A stretch of 34,133 nt of DNA from Octopus bimaculoides. Lineage: Eukaryota. The stretch lies in NCBI RefSeq assembly GCF_001194135.2, contig NC_069009.1:8431682-8465814 (forward strand), in the 5' to 3' direction. Made by a program: the position numbers and the translations under genes. The notes under the pieces were generated by a model. That model was not told the origin of the DNA and did not search any database. It saw nothing but the letters and a program-made list of their open reading frames with translations. Shown here piece by piece: positions 32,491-34,133 of this stretch. Positions within the stretch are counted from its first letter, which is position 1. Every line of letters starts with the position of its first letter.

Positions 32491-32716
32491 ACCAATTTGT
32501 TAATAATAAATGTTAACTTCCTTATCTCCATTTTCTTTTCTTCTTTCAACTTGATATAAGCTATATGCTTAATATACACCTATTGTTTTAAGGGAATTTC
32601 ATTCCCCAACAATACTAGGTATTGAACCAGTATTTCTTTGGATGCAACCATCCCTTCATGAGGTTAACATTTCCTCCAGTTAAATGACCGAAACAAAATT
32701 TTTAAAATAACACCTG

Positions 32717-32962
32717 AACAACACCAGCGGCAGCAACATCACCACTACTACTCTATACTACTGCCACTACTAACACCTCTAATATACCATTAGCACTACC
32801 ACCACTACACCAATACTAGCACCACCATTCCACCACTAGCAGCAACTTTCAACCACTAATGCCACCACCACCACTACCATCGATTGCAACAGCAACAACA
32901 ACTCCAGCACCACTATCACTACTAACCAAACCACATTACTGTACCATGACCACCACCAACAA
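32717..32962. repeat. Degenerate (ACC/ACT/AGC)n tract
   Basis: Seen directly. Confidence 0.85.
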
Positions 32963-32987
32963 ATGAAAGATGTTCTACATAGGCACA

Positions 32988-33378
32988 GGCGTGGCTGTGT
33001 GGTAAGAAGCATGCTTCCCAACTACATTATTCTGTGTTCAGTCTTACTGTGTGGCACCTTGAGCAAGTGTCTTCTACTATATCCTTGGGCCAACCAAAAC
33101 CTTGTAAGTGGATTTCATAGATGGAAACTGAGAGAAGCCCGTTATGTATTTATGTGCATGTTTCTGTTAGTCCCCCTGCCATCGCTTGACAGCCAATCGT
33201 GGTATGTTTATGTCCCTGAAACTTAGCAGTTCAGTAAAAGAGACCAATAGAATAAGGACTAAGCTTACAAAAAATAAGTCCTGGGGTTGATTTCTTCAAC
33301 TCAGATCCTTTACAGTGGTGCTCCAGCATGGCCACAGTCAGATGACTGAAACAAGTAAAGAATAAAAAAATAAAAGAA
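32988..33378 (+). mobile_element. SINE family B, full-length copy
   Basis: Head ggcgtggctgtgtggtaag, core, 3' part and (AAGAATA)n-type tail. Confidence 0.9.
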
Positions 33379-33419
33379 TGGTTACTCGACCTGCTAGTAA
33401 CAGTAGCCAGTTCACTTCC

Positions 33420-33700
33420 CAATCACAGTTTCCTTCTTTATCTGCCACATTGCTATCCATCACATGCGCTGGGACAGACATATCCTGTCTCCAGATCATC
33501 CTACCAGAGCTCGACTCTCATTTGACACAGCAGCTACAGGCTAGAAGAGGTCTCGTGGCAGGCCCTGCGCAAGATGACTAGACATGATTAAGGAAGACCT
33601 CCAGAGGCTCAACATCATCTTGGAGGATGCAAACGGACTGGCAGAGGACCAACAGCAATGGAGAGCATTGGTGGACCTGGTCAGCTCTATGCATGATGAC
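33420..33700 (+). mobile_element. RTE-like LINE C-terminal fragment
   Basis: MRWDRHILSPDHPTR...KRSRGRPCAR*LDMIKEDLQRLNI...AEDQQQWRALV. Confidence 0.75.
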
Positions 33701-33783
33701 CCCCACCACAGCCCCATCAAGCAGGAGCATGAAGCAAACAAGGAAGTTCAAGGAATCTCTGTCAGAAACAAAAGATATTTGGA

Positions 33784-34133
33784 TGGAAAAGATATTTGGA
33801 TGATTGTTTCATCATATGGAATGAACCCTATGAAAAACTTCTAGAATTCAAATCCATTCTTAATAACATACATCCCAACATTCAATTCACTATGGAATTC
33901 AGCAAACATCATCTCCCTTTTCTTGATCTCTTAATTATAAAAACACCTAATAACCAAATCACAACCGATATCTACCACAAACCTACAGACTCACAACAAT
34001 ACCTCCTTTTTAGTTCATGCCACCCAAAACACACCAAGATAAATATCCCCTTTAATTTAGCTAAAAGAATTTGCACCATTGTCTCTGACCCAACCACTCG
34101 AGAAATACGCTTACAAGATCTCAAAAAAACACT
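33784..34133 (+). mobile_element. Penelope-like element reverse transcriptase, stop-free frame open to the window end
   Basis: WKRYLDDCFIIW...LNNIHPNIQFTMEFSKHHLPFLDLLI...TDIYHKPTDSQQYLLFSSCHPKHTKINIPFNLAKRICTIVSD over 116 codons with no stop. These are typical PLE RT and thumb motifs. Confidence 0.92.

Larger units (their letters stand above)
32124..32545. repeat. Long palindrome 2 (208-bp arms, 6-nt loop)
   Basis: Arms 32124-32331 and 32338-32545. The apical 17-bp stem is perfect around the gcagag loop. Confidence 0.92.

Noticed and set aside
1-34133. CRISPR array, operon or prokaryotic defence system
   Set aside because: No regularly spaced repeat-spacer units and no prokaryotic-style gene density. 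The window is eukaryotic repeat DNA.

Overview
Repeat-saturated, AT-rich eukaryotic scaffold with about 6.4 kb of N in 12 gaps. The SINE families and the dense (TATG)n/(TA)n/(CA)n microsatellites suggest an octopus genome (inference). No complete host gene is visible. The only gene-like sequence is one 89-nt candidate exon on the minus strand (28631-28719). Most of the window is transposon debris: 12 copies of a bipartite tRNA-head SINE, two other SINE families, two Tigger/pogo elements, two DD37D (maT) and two mariner elements, four RTE-clade LINE fragments, a HERO-like endonuclease remnant, a probable solo LTR with a promoter, and a MITE. The most interesting signals are three. (1) Two unrelated long palindromes (20776-21037 and 32124-32545) whose arms carry outward-facing type I hammerhead ribozyme motifs of the kind linked to Penelope-like elements. 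(2) A stop-free Penelope RT frame running off the right end, which the ORF track missed. (3) Six 5'-truncated copies of an R4/Dong-like restriction-endonuclease retroelement that nearly all abut (CATA)n repeats; two of them share the same premature stop.
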